From contig JACIWB010000002.1 of assembly GCA_014361245.1 (NCBI GenBank), positions 4,297-68,296 of the forward strand: a stretch of 64,000 bases of DNA, given 5' to 3'. Positions 17,539 to 26,358 of this stretch are shown in pieces. The position numbers were made by a program, and so were the translations under genes. The notes beneath the pieces are model-generated. The model saw only the letters and a program-made list of their open reading frames with translations. It was not told the origin of the DNA and made no database searches. The DNA is from Thermoplasmatales archaeon. GTDB lineage: Archaea > Thermoplasmatota > E2 > UBA202 > JdFR-43. Each line of letters begins with the position of its first letter. The first letter of the stretch is position 1.

Positions 17539-19677
17539 TTACACCCCTTCCCATAATTTTTTTTCGATTTTATAAATATTATTGAGGCACTCTAAACTAT
17601 TGACCGCGATTTCAGCGAATTCTTTATACCTGATTAATTCTTTATAAAATATCTTTCTTTCCAAATCTTCTATTGAGGAGTTATTTATCCATGAGAGTGC
17701 AGGTACCACTATAACATCGTATATTATTGCTTTTTCTTTTCCGGGAAAACGTCTTAGAACTCTTCCTCTCCTCTGAATCCATTCTCGGGGGTTACTACTA
17801 CTCATTAGGATTATTGCAGTAGTAGCGGCTGGTACATCAACTCCTTCATCTAAGCATCGGATAGCCACTAAAACTTGGTATGTTCCTTCCGCAAATTTTT
17901 GAAGTAAAAATTCTCTCTCTGATAACCCACCATACTCCTCGCTAGGGGTAATCTTTTCTCTTAGAGTAAATTTATGTTGGGTGATATTCAATTCATTCAA
18001 AATATTTTGTACATGATTTATTTGTTCTGGCGAACAATAAACCAAACAATGTTTAATATTCTTACCCATTTCTTCTATTATTTTTTTAAAAGTATCGTAC
18101 TTTTTAATTGCGTTTTTTATAATCTCCTGTCGTTTAACGCACAATAACGAAAACCATTTCTTACGCTCGTTATCTGTTTTTGAGCTATAGTATGATTTAG
18201 CGATTTTTTTTGTGACACTCTCGTATCTTTCCAATTCTTCCTTATTTAATTCCACAAAATAAGGTTTATATTCGTAGGGTACCAGATAAGTTTTCCCTGT
18301 AGCTGGATTTAGTGTATTAACAGCATCTTTTAACGAAAATTCGAACACAGTGCCACCGAAATAATTGAAAAGTGTTTCAGTACCTTCCAAATCAAACCAT
18401 CGCTTAGGTGTTGCGCTTAATCCTAGCCTAAAATGGTAGAGATCCAGCAAACCTCTTTTCCTTTTTGGCGCTCCAATTCCATGAACTTCATCTACAATCA
18501 AAAACAATTTTTCATTTGCAGATCGAATTATTTTGATAAAATTATCTGTATGAAAAGTGGCGTGTGTTGTTAGCACAATTAAATTATTTTCAATCCCGAT
18601 TTTTATATCTATTAGGGAATCAGAGAGTTTATCTTTCCAATCAGGATTGCTACTGTCTGCAACAATATATTCACAGGTTAAACCAAATTCATCTATATCA
18701 TTAATCCACTGTCTTATCAAATGATTAGATGGGCAAGTTATAACTGCTATTGTTTTATTATAATTTTCCATTACTTTTTTAAGGCATCCTAAAGCAGCAA
18801 AAGTTTTCCCTAAACCTGTAGCCATCTCAAAAATTCCTTTCATGTCATTATTAAACCATTTCTGAATCGCATCCTTTTGATGTGGGTAAAACTCTATTTC
18901 CTTCTTCTTTTCTCCTTTCTTCAGATACCATCTTTGGAGGTAAACCTCATCGATGTTTTTTGGTGCTATTTCGATTAATTTCCTTTTAACTGCTTCGGGC
19001 ACCTCCATAACTATTATTCGGGAAGCTTTATTATTCCAGAATCTTTCAAATTTTAATATGTCGGCCTCTACATATTCTTTTTCCTCTTTTATCCATTTTC
19101 TAAAAACTTTAAATTCCTCAATATTTTTTAGCCATCCAGACGCAGATTCGTTTATAGATCCACTAAAGGTAAGAATATCTCCCACTATATCTTTTAAAAT
19201 TCCTATCTTTTGATGAAACACACCTTGTAATTGAATTTCATCGAAACTCAGGGGTTGTCCATCTTCATCTGAAACTATGGCAACTTTTATTTCTAATCTT
19301 TTATTCGCAATCATCCATCCGAGCGCAAAAATATGATCTCTTATAAATTCATCCTCTAATTTTTCTAGTTCTTCAACCATTCTCCTCTCTACATAGTTTT
19401 GAGGATTTTCAGTAGCATCTTTAATAATTTTAATGTCTTTTTCATCTAATTTTGGTGATACCAATAATTTCATTGTGCCATTGTTTTTTATTAACCCAAG
19501 AATTCCTCGTGCCGCGATAGCTAAACTAGTCGATGAAAAAAATCCAGCAATCCTGTCATACTCTATACACTCTGATAACGCCGGGATATAAAAATCGTTT
19601 AAAATATCATCAGTATCTGATGAATATGTCTTTTTTAATGACAAATCTCTAAACCCCATATTTGCACCAATTTTCAA
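17539..19677 (-). CDS. fusion protein: N-terminal phospholipase-D-family (HKD) nuclease domain + SF2 helicase (ResIII/DEAH-type)
   Basis: 712 aa; HKD motif HQKIGILKD-x6-FSGSINESASGW (aa ~155-182); helicase motifs Q/I (PHQKDAI, EMATGLGKT), II (VDEVH), III (GLSATP), VI (QRRGRVLR). Confidence 0.7.
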   Translation of the reverse strand: MKIGANMGFRDLSLKKTYSSDTDDILNDFYIPALSECIEYDRIAGFFSSTSLAIAARGILGLIKNNGTMKLLVSPKLDEKDIKIIKDATENPQNYVERRMVEELEKLEDEFIRDHIFALGWMIANKRLEIKVAIVSDEDGQPLSFDEIQLQGVFHQKIGILKDIVGDILTFSGSINESASGWLKNIEEFKVFRKWIKEEKEYVEADILKFERFWNNKASRIIVMEVPEAVKRKLIEIAPKNIDEVYLQRWYLKKGEKKKEIEFYPHQKDAIQKWFNNDMKGIFEMATGLGKTFAALGCLKKVMENYNKTIAVITCPSNHLIRQWINDIDEFGLTCEYIVADSSNPDWKDKLSDSLIDIKIGIENNLIVLTTHATFHTDNFIKIIRSANEKLFLIVDEVHGIGAPKRKRGLLDLYHFRLGLSATPKRWFDLEGTETLFNYFGGTVFEFSLKDAVNTLNPATGKTYLVPYEYKPYFVELNKEELERYESVTKKIAKSYYSSKTDNERKKWFSLLCVKRQEIIKNAIKKYDTFKKIIEEMGKNIKHCLVYCSPEQINHVQNILNELNITQHKFTLREKITPSEEYGGLSEREFLLQKFAEGTYQVLVAIRCLDEGVDVPAATTAIILMSSSNPREWIQRRGRVLRRFPGKEKAIIYDVIVVPALSWINNSSIEDLERKIFYKELIRYKEFAEIAVNSLECLNNIYKIEKKLWEGV

Positions 19678-19865
19678 TCAACTACTATTATCTAATATAA
19701 TAGAATTTTAAAAATTTTGTGCCTATCGCTTATAACTATCTCTATAGAGCGAATGAAAATCCTCTTTATCAACCGTTGCCCGATCTTCAAAAATTATTTA
19801 ACTTTTTGCGATGCCGAATATCAGCAATGAATGAGAAAAATTATAAGGCAAGGAAATATAACTTT

Positions 19866-21155
19866 ATGCTTCGCACCCATTATATAAATGAAATAAGCGA
19901 AAAGGAACATGAAAAAAGGGTTTGCATTGCTGGATGGGTTGAAGAAATAAGAAATCTTGGAGGAATAGCATTCATAATTTTAAGGGATAGAAGTGGGAAA
20001 GCACAAATCACAGCAATAAAAAAGGAAAATGCCGAACTTTTTAAGGCAATTACCTCGCTGAACAGGGAGAGTGTGATATCAGCATGCGGAATATGCAAGA
20101 GGAATGAAAAAGTAATGAATGGATGGGAAATTTTGCTTGAGGAATTTAAATTAATCAGCGAGGCATCAACACCTCTTCCAATGGGAGTAATAGATAAGGT
20201 TAATGTTGATTTCGATACCCGTCTTGATAACAGGATAATAGATTTAAGAAAAGATGATGTTAAAGCAATTTTTATGATAAGAAATTCATTTATAAAGTAT
20301 GCTTCAGAATTTTTAAGAAAAAAAGGTTTTATGGAAGTTCATACTCCAAAAATTTCATCTTCATCATCTGAAGGAGGAACAGAAGTCTTCAGAATAGATT
20401 ATTTTGATAGAGATGCATATCTTGTGCAATCTCCCCAACTATACAAACAAATGTTAATGGCAACTGGTTTTGATAGAGTTTTTGAAATAGCATGGTATTT
20501 CAGGGCGGAGGAGCATGACACAACCCGCCATCTTAATGAATCAACTGCTGTTGATATAGAAATGGCATTCATCGATAGCGAGGAAGATGTGATGAGAATT
20601 GCAGAGGAAATGACAGATTATTCAATAAATAAAATAGTTGGTGAGAATAGCAAGGAATTGAGCATTCTTAACGCTGAAATAGAATTCCCATCTCCTCCAT
20701 ATCCAAGAATAAGGTATGATGAAGTTGTTGAAATACTTAGTAAGGAAATAAATTTTTCATGGGGAGAAGATTTGGGGGCGGATGAGGAAAATATTTTATA
20801 CAAAAATTTGGGATATGATATTTATTTCATAAAGGATTTCCCTCTATCATCAAAACCATTTTATGCAATGCCATCTGGGAAATATGCAAGAGCATTTGAT
20901 CTCGAGCTAAGGGGAATGGAAATTGCATCTGGCGCACAGCGCATTCATGATTATGAACTGCTTACTAAAAGAATGATCGAGCTTGGAATGAATCTAAAAA
21001 ATTTCGAAGAATATCTGAAAGCATTTAAATATGGAATGCCTACCCATGGCGGATTTGGTTATGGAATTGAGCGCTTCCTAATGAGCTTTCTTAAATTGAA
21101 AAATATAAGAGAATGCATACTTTTTCCAAGAGATAGATACAGAATTAAACCTTAA
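19866..21155 (+). CDS. asnS: asparaginyl-tRNA synthetase (class II)
   Basis: Strong motif-level similarity to archaeal AsnRS (FRAEEHDTTRHLNEST, SWGEDLGADEE, GGFGYGIERFLM with ER not DR). ORF track starts at 19719 but the homology-supported start is MLRTHYINE at 19866 (alternative 19827). Confidence 0.75.
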   Translation: MLRTHYINEISEKEHEKRVCIAGWVEEIRNLGGIAFIILRDRSGKAQITAIKKENAELFKAITSLNRESVISACGICKRNEKVMNGWEILLEEFKLISEASTPLPMGVIDKVNVDFDTRLDNRIIDLRKDDVKAIFMIRNSFIKYASEFLRKKGFMEVHTPKISSSSSEGGTEVFRIDYFDRDAYLVQSPQLYKQMLMATGFDRVFEIAWYFRAEEHDTTRHLNESTAVDIEMAFIDSEEDVMRIAEEMTDYSINKIVGENSKELSILNAEIEFPSPPYPRIRYDEVVEILSKEINFSWGEDLGADEENILYKNLGYDIYFIKDFPLSSKPFYAMPSGKYARAFDLELRGMEIASGAQRIHDYELLTKRMIELGMNLKNFEEYLKAFKYGMPTHGGFGYGIERFLMSFLKLKNIRECILFPRDRYRIKP

Positions 21156-21315
21156 GGCATAAATAATTTCCTCATTTGGAGAAGTATAAAATTTCTTATT
21201 CCATACAAACCCTGAAATTTGTGATATGCATTTTATATGCCTGTTTTCTCTCATCTTCAAATCTTATTAAAATCTCATTCCAACTAAAATTGATCTAACA
21301 TATAAATTTTTAAAG

Positions 21316-21424
21316 TCCCGGCGGCCGGATTTGAACCAGCGACTTGCGGATTTCCGCGGCGGTGGGTTATAACCCAAGAGATGCAACTACAGTCCGCCAC
21401 TCTACCAGTCTGAGTTACGCCGGG
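21316..21424 (-). tRNA. tRNA-Tyr (GTA) with ~35-nt intron at the canonical 37/38 position
   Basis: Hand fold: acceptor CCCGGCG/CGCCGGG with C1-G72 and A73 (archaeal Tyr identity), D-stem ACTC/GAGT, anticodon stem GCGGA...TCCGC, loop CUGUAG|intron|A, 5-nt variable loop, T-arm GCTGG-TTCAAAT-CCGGC. Confidence 0.75.
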
Positions 21425-21437
21425 CAATAATATATAA

Positions 21438-21452
21438 TACATTTTTTTAAAT
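21438..21452 (-). promoter_or_regulatory. putative TATA box for tRNA-Tyr (TTTAAAAAAATG on minus strand)
   Basis: AT-rich TATA-like element centred ~20-27 nt upstream of the tRNA 5' end; overlaps the 3' end of the DP2 ORF. Confidence 0.2.
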
Positions 21453-21458
21453 TTTTTG

Positions 21459-24400
21459 TTAGAAGAAATCGGTGAGGGTTTTATCTTTTCCATTTCTAAA
21501 GAGTGATTCAACAAATTTTTCTGAAAGCAAGATGCGCTGTTTTGTATAATTTGGTATATCAAATTCCTCTGCCAGTTTCTTTATAACTCCTAAATATTTC
21601 TTTATAGAACTTTCATGAACTGTTAGTAATAGCGTGCTTCCGCATTTTCCACATTTTCCAGTTAAAGTGATGCGGCGATATTTTGTATTACAATTTGTGC
21701 ATCTGAACTGCTGTTTTGTGAAAGCTTTTAAATTTCCTGTTAAATCCGGAAGGAAATGTTTTTGAATTATTTTTGTAACAACATCTACTTCATCAACAGC
21801 CCTTATCTTTATTGCCAGATTTATCTGTGCCATTACCTTATCCTCCATGTTTTCATATAGCTTATATGAAGATGTTTTTGGAGCATTTGCTATGTTGCTT
21901 GTATCATGAGTAAATCCAAAAAATTTATACTCTTTTTCACTCCCAATTCTATTTGCAACTAAATCCATTTCCTTTTCAAGTTCTTTTGAATGAGCGTAAA
22001 TATGAGTTTTTCTGTAGAATAGCAGAGGATAGGAACTTAAGACATCCAAACTCAATGCTTCCTTATCTATTTCACTTGGAGAAATTCTTGTTGCTATAAC
22101 AAGTGGTAAGTCCATTTTTCCCCCTCTTTTTTCGGGTATATATTCTTTTGAGAAATTTATTAATACATCGGTAAGAAGCATCAATGAATCCTCATCACCA
22201 TCGCAATTCCTCCTTTTTGCTGCATGGAAAAATGGATGGGCACAGCATACATTTAAGTCAATAAATCCAATTATTCTTCCAATGATTCCCGCTGATGTAT
22301 GGGGGGATAAACCAACTACTAAGTGTCCTATTAAATCATCCAGACTATTTGCATTGTAATATGCATCAATTTCATAAATTTTTAAAAGCATTTCATCAAT
22401 ATATTTAGCAACTCTGAGAAAGTATTCTCCACATTTTTTTGAGGGTATAACATCCTGTGGCATCAGTTCAACAATTTGATTATCATTTACTAATTCATTT
22501 CCTTTATAATCATATTTATATCCTAACTCTCTAAGTTTTTCTACAGAAACACCTATTTCATATGGTTTAAAATGAGTTAATGGCATATTTGTCATATCGT
22601 ATCTTATAGTTCCATCTTTAAAAACATAAACATCATATTTTGCTCTTATAATTCCTTTTTCTATGCATTCTGGAGTTTTACTTGAAGAGGATAAACCAAT
22701 AACTCCCTTAACCTTCTTCATCTGTGTATTTATTCTTTTTTCGGATTTACTCAATTCCTCCTTAACATCTATTTCAAAATTTTTTATATTTCCCGTAAAA
22801 TATGTATGCCCGCCGCACTCACATTTTGTTTTATAACCTATTCTTCCACAATTTTCACATCTCCTTTCTCCCAATTCAGCAATTATTTTCCCTGTTGTAT
22901 TTAAAATCCTTTCCTTTCCCCCCTTCTCAATTCCTACAGGGAAGAGAACATGCGGGGCGGGCGACATTTTCCTTTCGGCGGATTTCTCGGGTCTTCCCAT
23001 TCTTGCTCCTATTCTGTGAATTGCTTTAGGAATTATTTTTATTCCAAGAATTTCCTGAACAGCATCAATTGCCTCCTTTGAACTATTTTTAACTTCAAAA
23101 ATTTTTCCATCAATCAATTCAAATCCGCAGCACTTGATAATTACATCTGCATATTTCTCTACAATATAGCCATCTCTTTCAAGATGAGTGACTCCAAGAT
23201 TTAATAAAATTTCCTTTAATCTTTTATCTCTTTCAAGATATAACTTTCCATCATATCTTGCTTTTTTTATAAAATTTCTCAAAATCTGAAAATCATCCTT
23301 ACTTATATCATGCCAGAAAAGATTATAGGAAGGATGGAGCGGGATTCCATATTCTCTCGATAATTCAATTGCTTTTTCAAAAGATATGCTTTCAAAACTC
23401 TCTATTCCATGCTTTATTTTTACCTCTTCAATATTTGTTTTTTCCTCAAGTTCTTTAATCCACCATTCATAGCAAAAACTTGCGGGAGGAAGAATTGAAT
23501 TGTTCTCAAAAAATTCTCCAAAAGGTATTAAAATTTCTCCCAAATCAATTATTTCCCTAACATTTTTGGCAATTTTAACCGCTTCCTCAAGAGAATTCAC
23601 CTGTATAAAATCCCCGTTATCAAGCAAAACCATCGGTCCTTCGATACTGTCGCAAGGAGTTGCAATCGTTCCCTTCCCCGGTCTTTCGGTCTTAAGCTGT
23701 GTCCCAACCGCAATAAATCCATCTAGCAAATACATGGTTGCAGGATGCATTGCTGTTGCCCCCAGCCCGCAACTTCTCGCCCTCCCATATCTGAGCCTGA
23801 AGCCACCCTTGCGAGATGGATGACTTATTACAGGGCGCCCACCAATCAGATCTTCAATATATCTTTTAGATGGTTCTATTTCCCTGTTCTCATCCACTTC
23901 TTTAGAAAAGTTTTTCAGGAAATTCCATCCTTCAAGATTTAATCTTGTAACATGTTTCATAAGCTTTGGTGCTTTAAGGCAGAGTCCTTCGGCTATTACA
24001 AGGCATGCCCCCCCTCTTATTCTATTTGTTTTTATTCTTGGCAAATCTCTTTTACCCATTACCTCATCCTTTTCAGTTGGCTCGCCATTTATACAGATAG
24101 GGCAATTTCTTATGATTAGTTCTATCTCCTCTGAGGATGGTAAATATTGCAAATGTGTTATTCTATCATAAAGAGGGATTTCTTCCTTATATCTTTCAAC
24201 TTCATCATCAGTTGGCTTATATCTATCTACTCCTAATTTTCTTCTGACAACATCAGCAATTAATACACTCATTGCTTCTCCTGTTCCTCCGGCAGAGCGA
24301 ATAGGTCCAGAAAAATAAAGGTCAACATATCTACTTCCATCAAAATTTTTTCCAATCTCAACAGATGATATTCCTTCTATGGGAGCAACTAAAACACCTT

Positions 24401-24707
24401 CTGTTAATATTGCGAGTCCGGTCCTTACCGCTTGCTCAATTATTTCTGCGTGACTTCCATTCATATTTTCGGCAATCTCAGTTGCTATCTGAATAGCAGT
24501 TTCCTCTCTTCCTTTTTCTTTCAAATATTTTCTTATTTTATGAGCTATCCCACTTGGACCAACAAGCTCTTCAACCCTGTCAGCAAGGTCCTTTGCAAAA
24601 GATATCTCTACTTCTTTTTTTGGATCATAACCTTTTTTCCTTGCTAAATTCGCTATTTCATAACATTCTCTTGCCTTATTTTCTATCCATCTAAAATATT
24701 CTTCCAC
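21459..24707 (-). CDS. polC: DNA polymerase II (PolD) large subunit DP2
   Basis: 1082 aa; DP2-specific Cys clusters/zinc fingers (CENCGRIGYKTKCECGG; CTNCNTKYRR...CGKCGS); intein-free length; DP1 is not adjacent. Confidence 0.85.
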   Translation of the reverse strand: MEEYFRWIENKARECYEIANLARKKGYDPKKEVEISFAKDLADRVEELVGPSGIAHKIRKYLKEKGREETAIQIATEIAENMNGSHAEIIEQAVRTGLAILTEGVLVAPIEGISSVEIGKNFDGSRYVDLYFSGPIRSAGGTGEAMSVLIADVVRRKLGVDRYKPTDDEVERYKEEIPLYDRITHLQYLPSSEEIELIIRNCPICINGEPTEKDEVMGKRDLPRIKTNRIRGGACLVIAEGLCLKAPKLMKHVTRLNLEGWNFLKNFSKEVDENREIEPSKRYIEDLIGGRPVISHPSRKGGFRLRYGRARSCGLGATAMHPATMYLLDGFIAVGTQLKTERPGKGTIATPCDSIEGPMVLLDNGDFIQVNSLEEAVKIAKNVREIIDLGEILIPFGEFFENNSILPPASFCYEWWIKELEEKTNIEEVKIKHGIESFESISFEKAIELSREYGIPLHPSYNLFWHDISKDDFQILRNFIKKARYDGKLYLERDKRLKEILLNLGVTHLERDGYIVEKYADVIIKCCGFELIDGKIFEVKNSSKEAIDAVQEILGIKIIPKAIHRIGARMGRPEKSAERKMSPAPHVLFPVGIEKGGKERILNTTGKIIAELGERRCENCGRIGYKTKCECGGHTYFTGNIKNFEIDVKEELSKSEKRINTQMKKVKGVIGLSSSSKTPECIEKGIIRAKYDVYVFKDGTIRYDMTNMPLTHFKPYEIGVSVEKLRELGYKYDYKGNELVNDNQIVELMPQDVIPSKKCGEYFLRVAKYIDEMLLKIYEIDAYYNANSLDDLIGHLVVGLSPHTSAGIIGRIIGFIDLNVCCAHPFFHAAKRRNCDGDEDSLMLLTDVLINFSKEYIPEKRGGKMDLPLVIATRISPSEIDKEALSLDVLSSYPLLFYRKTHIYAHSKELEKEMDLVANRIGSEKEYKFFGFTHDTSNIANAPKTSSYKLYENMEDKVMAQINLAIKIRAVDEVDVVTKIIQKHFLPDLTGNLKAFTKQQFRCTNCNTKYRRITLTGKCGKCGSTLLLTVHESSIKKYLGVIKKLAEEFDIPNYTKQRILLSEKFVESLFRNGKDKTLTDFF

Positions 24708-24788
24708 AAAAAGAATAAAGAAGACATAAATTTAGTTTTTTATTTTTCAAATCGATATCTTCATATATATTTACAAATTAACCTTATA

Positions 24789-25097
24789 ATGGATGAAGAA
24801 GTTGAGCAACGAATACCCTTGCCAAAAAAAAATGAAAAAGAAATGTTTGCTATTGTTGAACAGCACATGGGAGGGGGTAGATTAAAGATTGTTTGCGAGG
24901 ACGGAAAATCAAGAATGGCAAGAATACCTGGAAAAATAAAGAAAAGAAAGTGGATAAAAACAGGGGATTTAATCATTGTCAAGGCATGGGATTTTCAGGA
25001 TGAAAAAGCGGATGTAATATATCGCTACACCCCGACCCAGATAGTAAATCTTGATAGAAAAAATCTTATTCCCGATACCCTAAAAGGATTTTTATGA
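24789..25097 (+). CDS. eif1a: translation initiation factor aIF1A
   Basis: 102 aa; S1-like OB-fold sequence typical of eIF1A (GGGRLKIVCEDGKSRMARIPGKIKKRKWIKTGDLIIV). Confidence 0.85.
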   Translation: MDEEVEQRIPLPKKNEKEMFAIVEQHMGGGRLKIVCEDGKSRMARIPGKIKKRKWIKTGDLIIVKAWDFQDEKADVIYRYTPTQIVNLDRKNLIPDTLKGFL

Positions 25098-25792
25098 AAA
25101 AAATTGAAGAGCTAAGGAAAACAGAAGGAGAAGTTTTTGAAAAAACAACCCTCGATGCCCTTGCAAAATTGATGAATGACGGTTTTATTGATTATATTGA
25201 TTTTCCAATTTCAACTGGAAAGGAGGGAAATGTTTTTAGAGGGGTATGTGGTGAAAGATTAATAGCAATCAAGATTTATAGGATAAATACTGCAACATTC
25301 AGAAGCATCTCAAAATATCTTATGTATGACCCACCTGAAAAAATTAAATTTGACAGAAGAAACATAATTTTTGCTTGGGCTAAAAAAGAATTTGGCAATC
25401 TTAAAAAATTGTATGAGGCTGGCGTGAGGGTGCCCGAACCAATAGCGATTGAGGAAAATGTAATTGTAATGGAGTATATAGGGAGCAAGGCGAAGCCAGC
25501 CCCATTGCTTAAAGATGCAAATATAAAAAATGCAGAGAAAATTTTTGAGAAAATAAAAAAATATCTCAAGCTTATGTATCAAAAAGCAAAACTTGTTCAT
25601 GCCGATTTTTCTGAATATAATGTTCTAATTTATAGAAATAACCCAGTTATAATAGATGTGGGACAAACTGTTAAAAGAGAAAATCCGATGGCAATGGAAT
25701 TTTTAAGGAGAGATGTATATAATATAGTAAAATTTTTTAAAAAATTCATTAATATAGAAGAGGAAGATACAATCTCTTACATAATTGGGTGA
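25094..25792 (+). CDS. RIO-type serine/threonine protein kinase (Rio1-like)
   Basis: 232 aa; RIO motifs (STGKEGNVF, LVHADFSEYNVLIY); conserved archaeal aIF1A-Rio-KH gene order. Confidence 0.8.
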   Translation: MKKIEELRKTEGEVFEKTTLDALAKLMNDGFIDYIDFPISTGKEGNVFRGVCGERLIAIKIYRINTATFRSISKYLMYDPPEKIKFDRRNIIFAWAKKEFGNLKKLYEAGVRVPEPIAIEENVIVMEYIGSKAKPAPLLKDANIKNAEKIFEKIKKYLKLMYQKAKLVHADFSEYNVLIYRNNPVIIDVGQTVKRENPMAMEFLRRDVYNIVKFFKKFINIEEEDTISYIIG

Positions 25793-26322
25793 TGAAGATG
25801 AAATATGTTAAAATTCCTATTGATAGGGTGGGTGTTTTAATTGGCAAGAACGGAGAAACAAAAAGCAGCATAGAGAGTTATGGATTAAAGCTTGAGGTTA
25901 ACTCGAGCATAGGAGAAGTTAAAATAGAAAGTGAGGATAAGATAAGGGAGATGGAAGCAGAAAATGTTGTTGTTGCAATTGGAAGAGGATTTTCTCCAGA
26001 GAAAGCAATTCTTCTGTTTAATGAGGACTACTATCTTGAAATAATTGATATAAGAGATTGGGTTGGGAAAAAGGAAAATCATATAAGAAGGCTTGCTGGC
26101 AGAGTGATTGGAAAAAATGGAAGGGCAAGAGAAATTATAGAAGAATTAAGTGGAGCATATGTGAGCATTTATGGACACACAATTGGAATAATAGGGAAAA
26201 TCGAGAATTTGCAGATTGCAAAAAAAGCAGTAGAGATGTTGCTTGAAGGAGCAAATCATTCAACAGTTTATAGATTTCTTGAAGAAGAAAATAGAAGAAG
26301 AAAGATGATGGAAATGCTCTGA
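25789..26322 (+). CDS. KH-domain RNA-binding protein (Dim2/Krr1-like)
   Basis: 177 aa; two KH GxxG loops (IGKNGETK, IGKNGRAR). Confidence 0.7.
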   Translation: MMKMKYVKIPIDRVGVLIGKNGETKSSIESYGLKLEVNSSIGEVKIESEDKIREMEAENVVVAIGRGFSPEKAILLFNEDYYLEIIDIRDWVGKKENHIRRLAGRVIGKNGRAREIIEELSGAYVSIYGHTIGIIGKIENLQIAKKAVEMLLEGANHSTVYRFLEEENRRRKMMEML

Positions 26323-26358
26323 ATAGATATATTTTTTAATTATTAAAGGTATTCAATT

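Noticed and set aside
15317-19677. Possibility that the ATPase/helicase genes are the archaeal Mre11-Rad50-HerA-NurA repair operon
   Set aside because: No Mre11 phosphoesterase is present. The ATPase lacks the Rad50 CxxC zinc hook and has a DTP D-loop. The helicase is SF2 DEAH with a PLD domain, not FtsK-like HerA. No NurA is present.
21284-21562. 92-aa ORF on the minus strand
   Set aside because: Lies entirely across the tRNA-Tyr gene and its promoter; composition is tRNA-like (Cys/Arg/Gly-rich). It is a spurious ORF.
21459-24707. Intein in DNA polymerase DP2
   Set aside because: Length 1082 aa is consistent with intein-free DP2. No Cys/Ser-His...HN intein block motifs were seen interrupting conserved DP2 segments.
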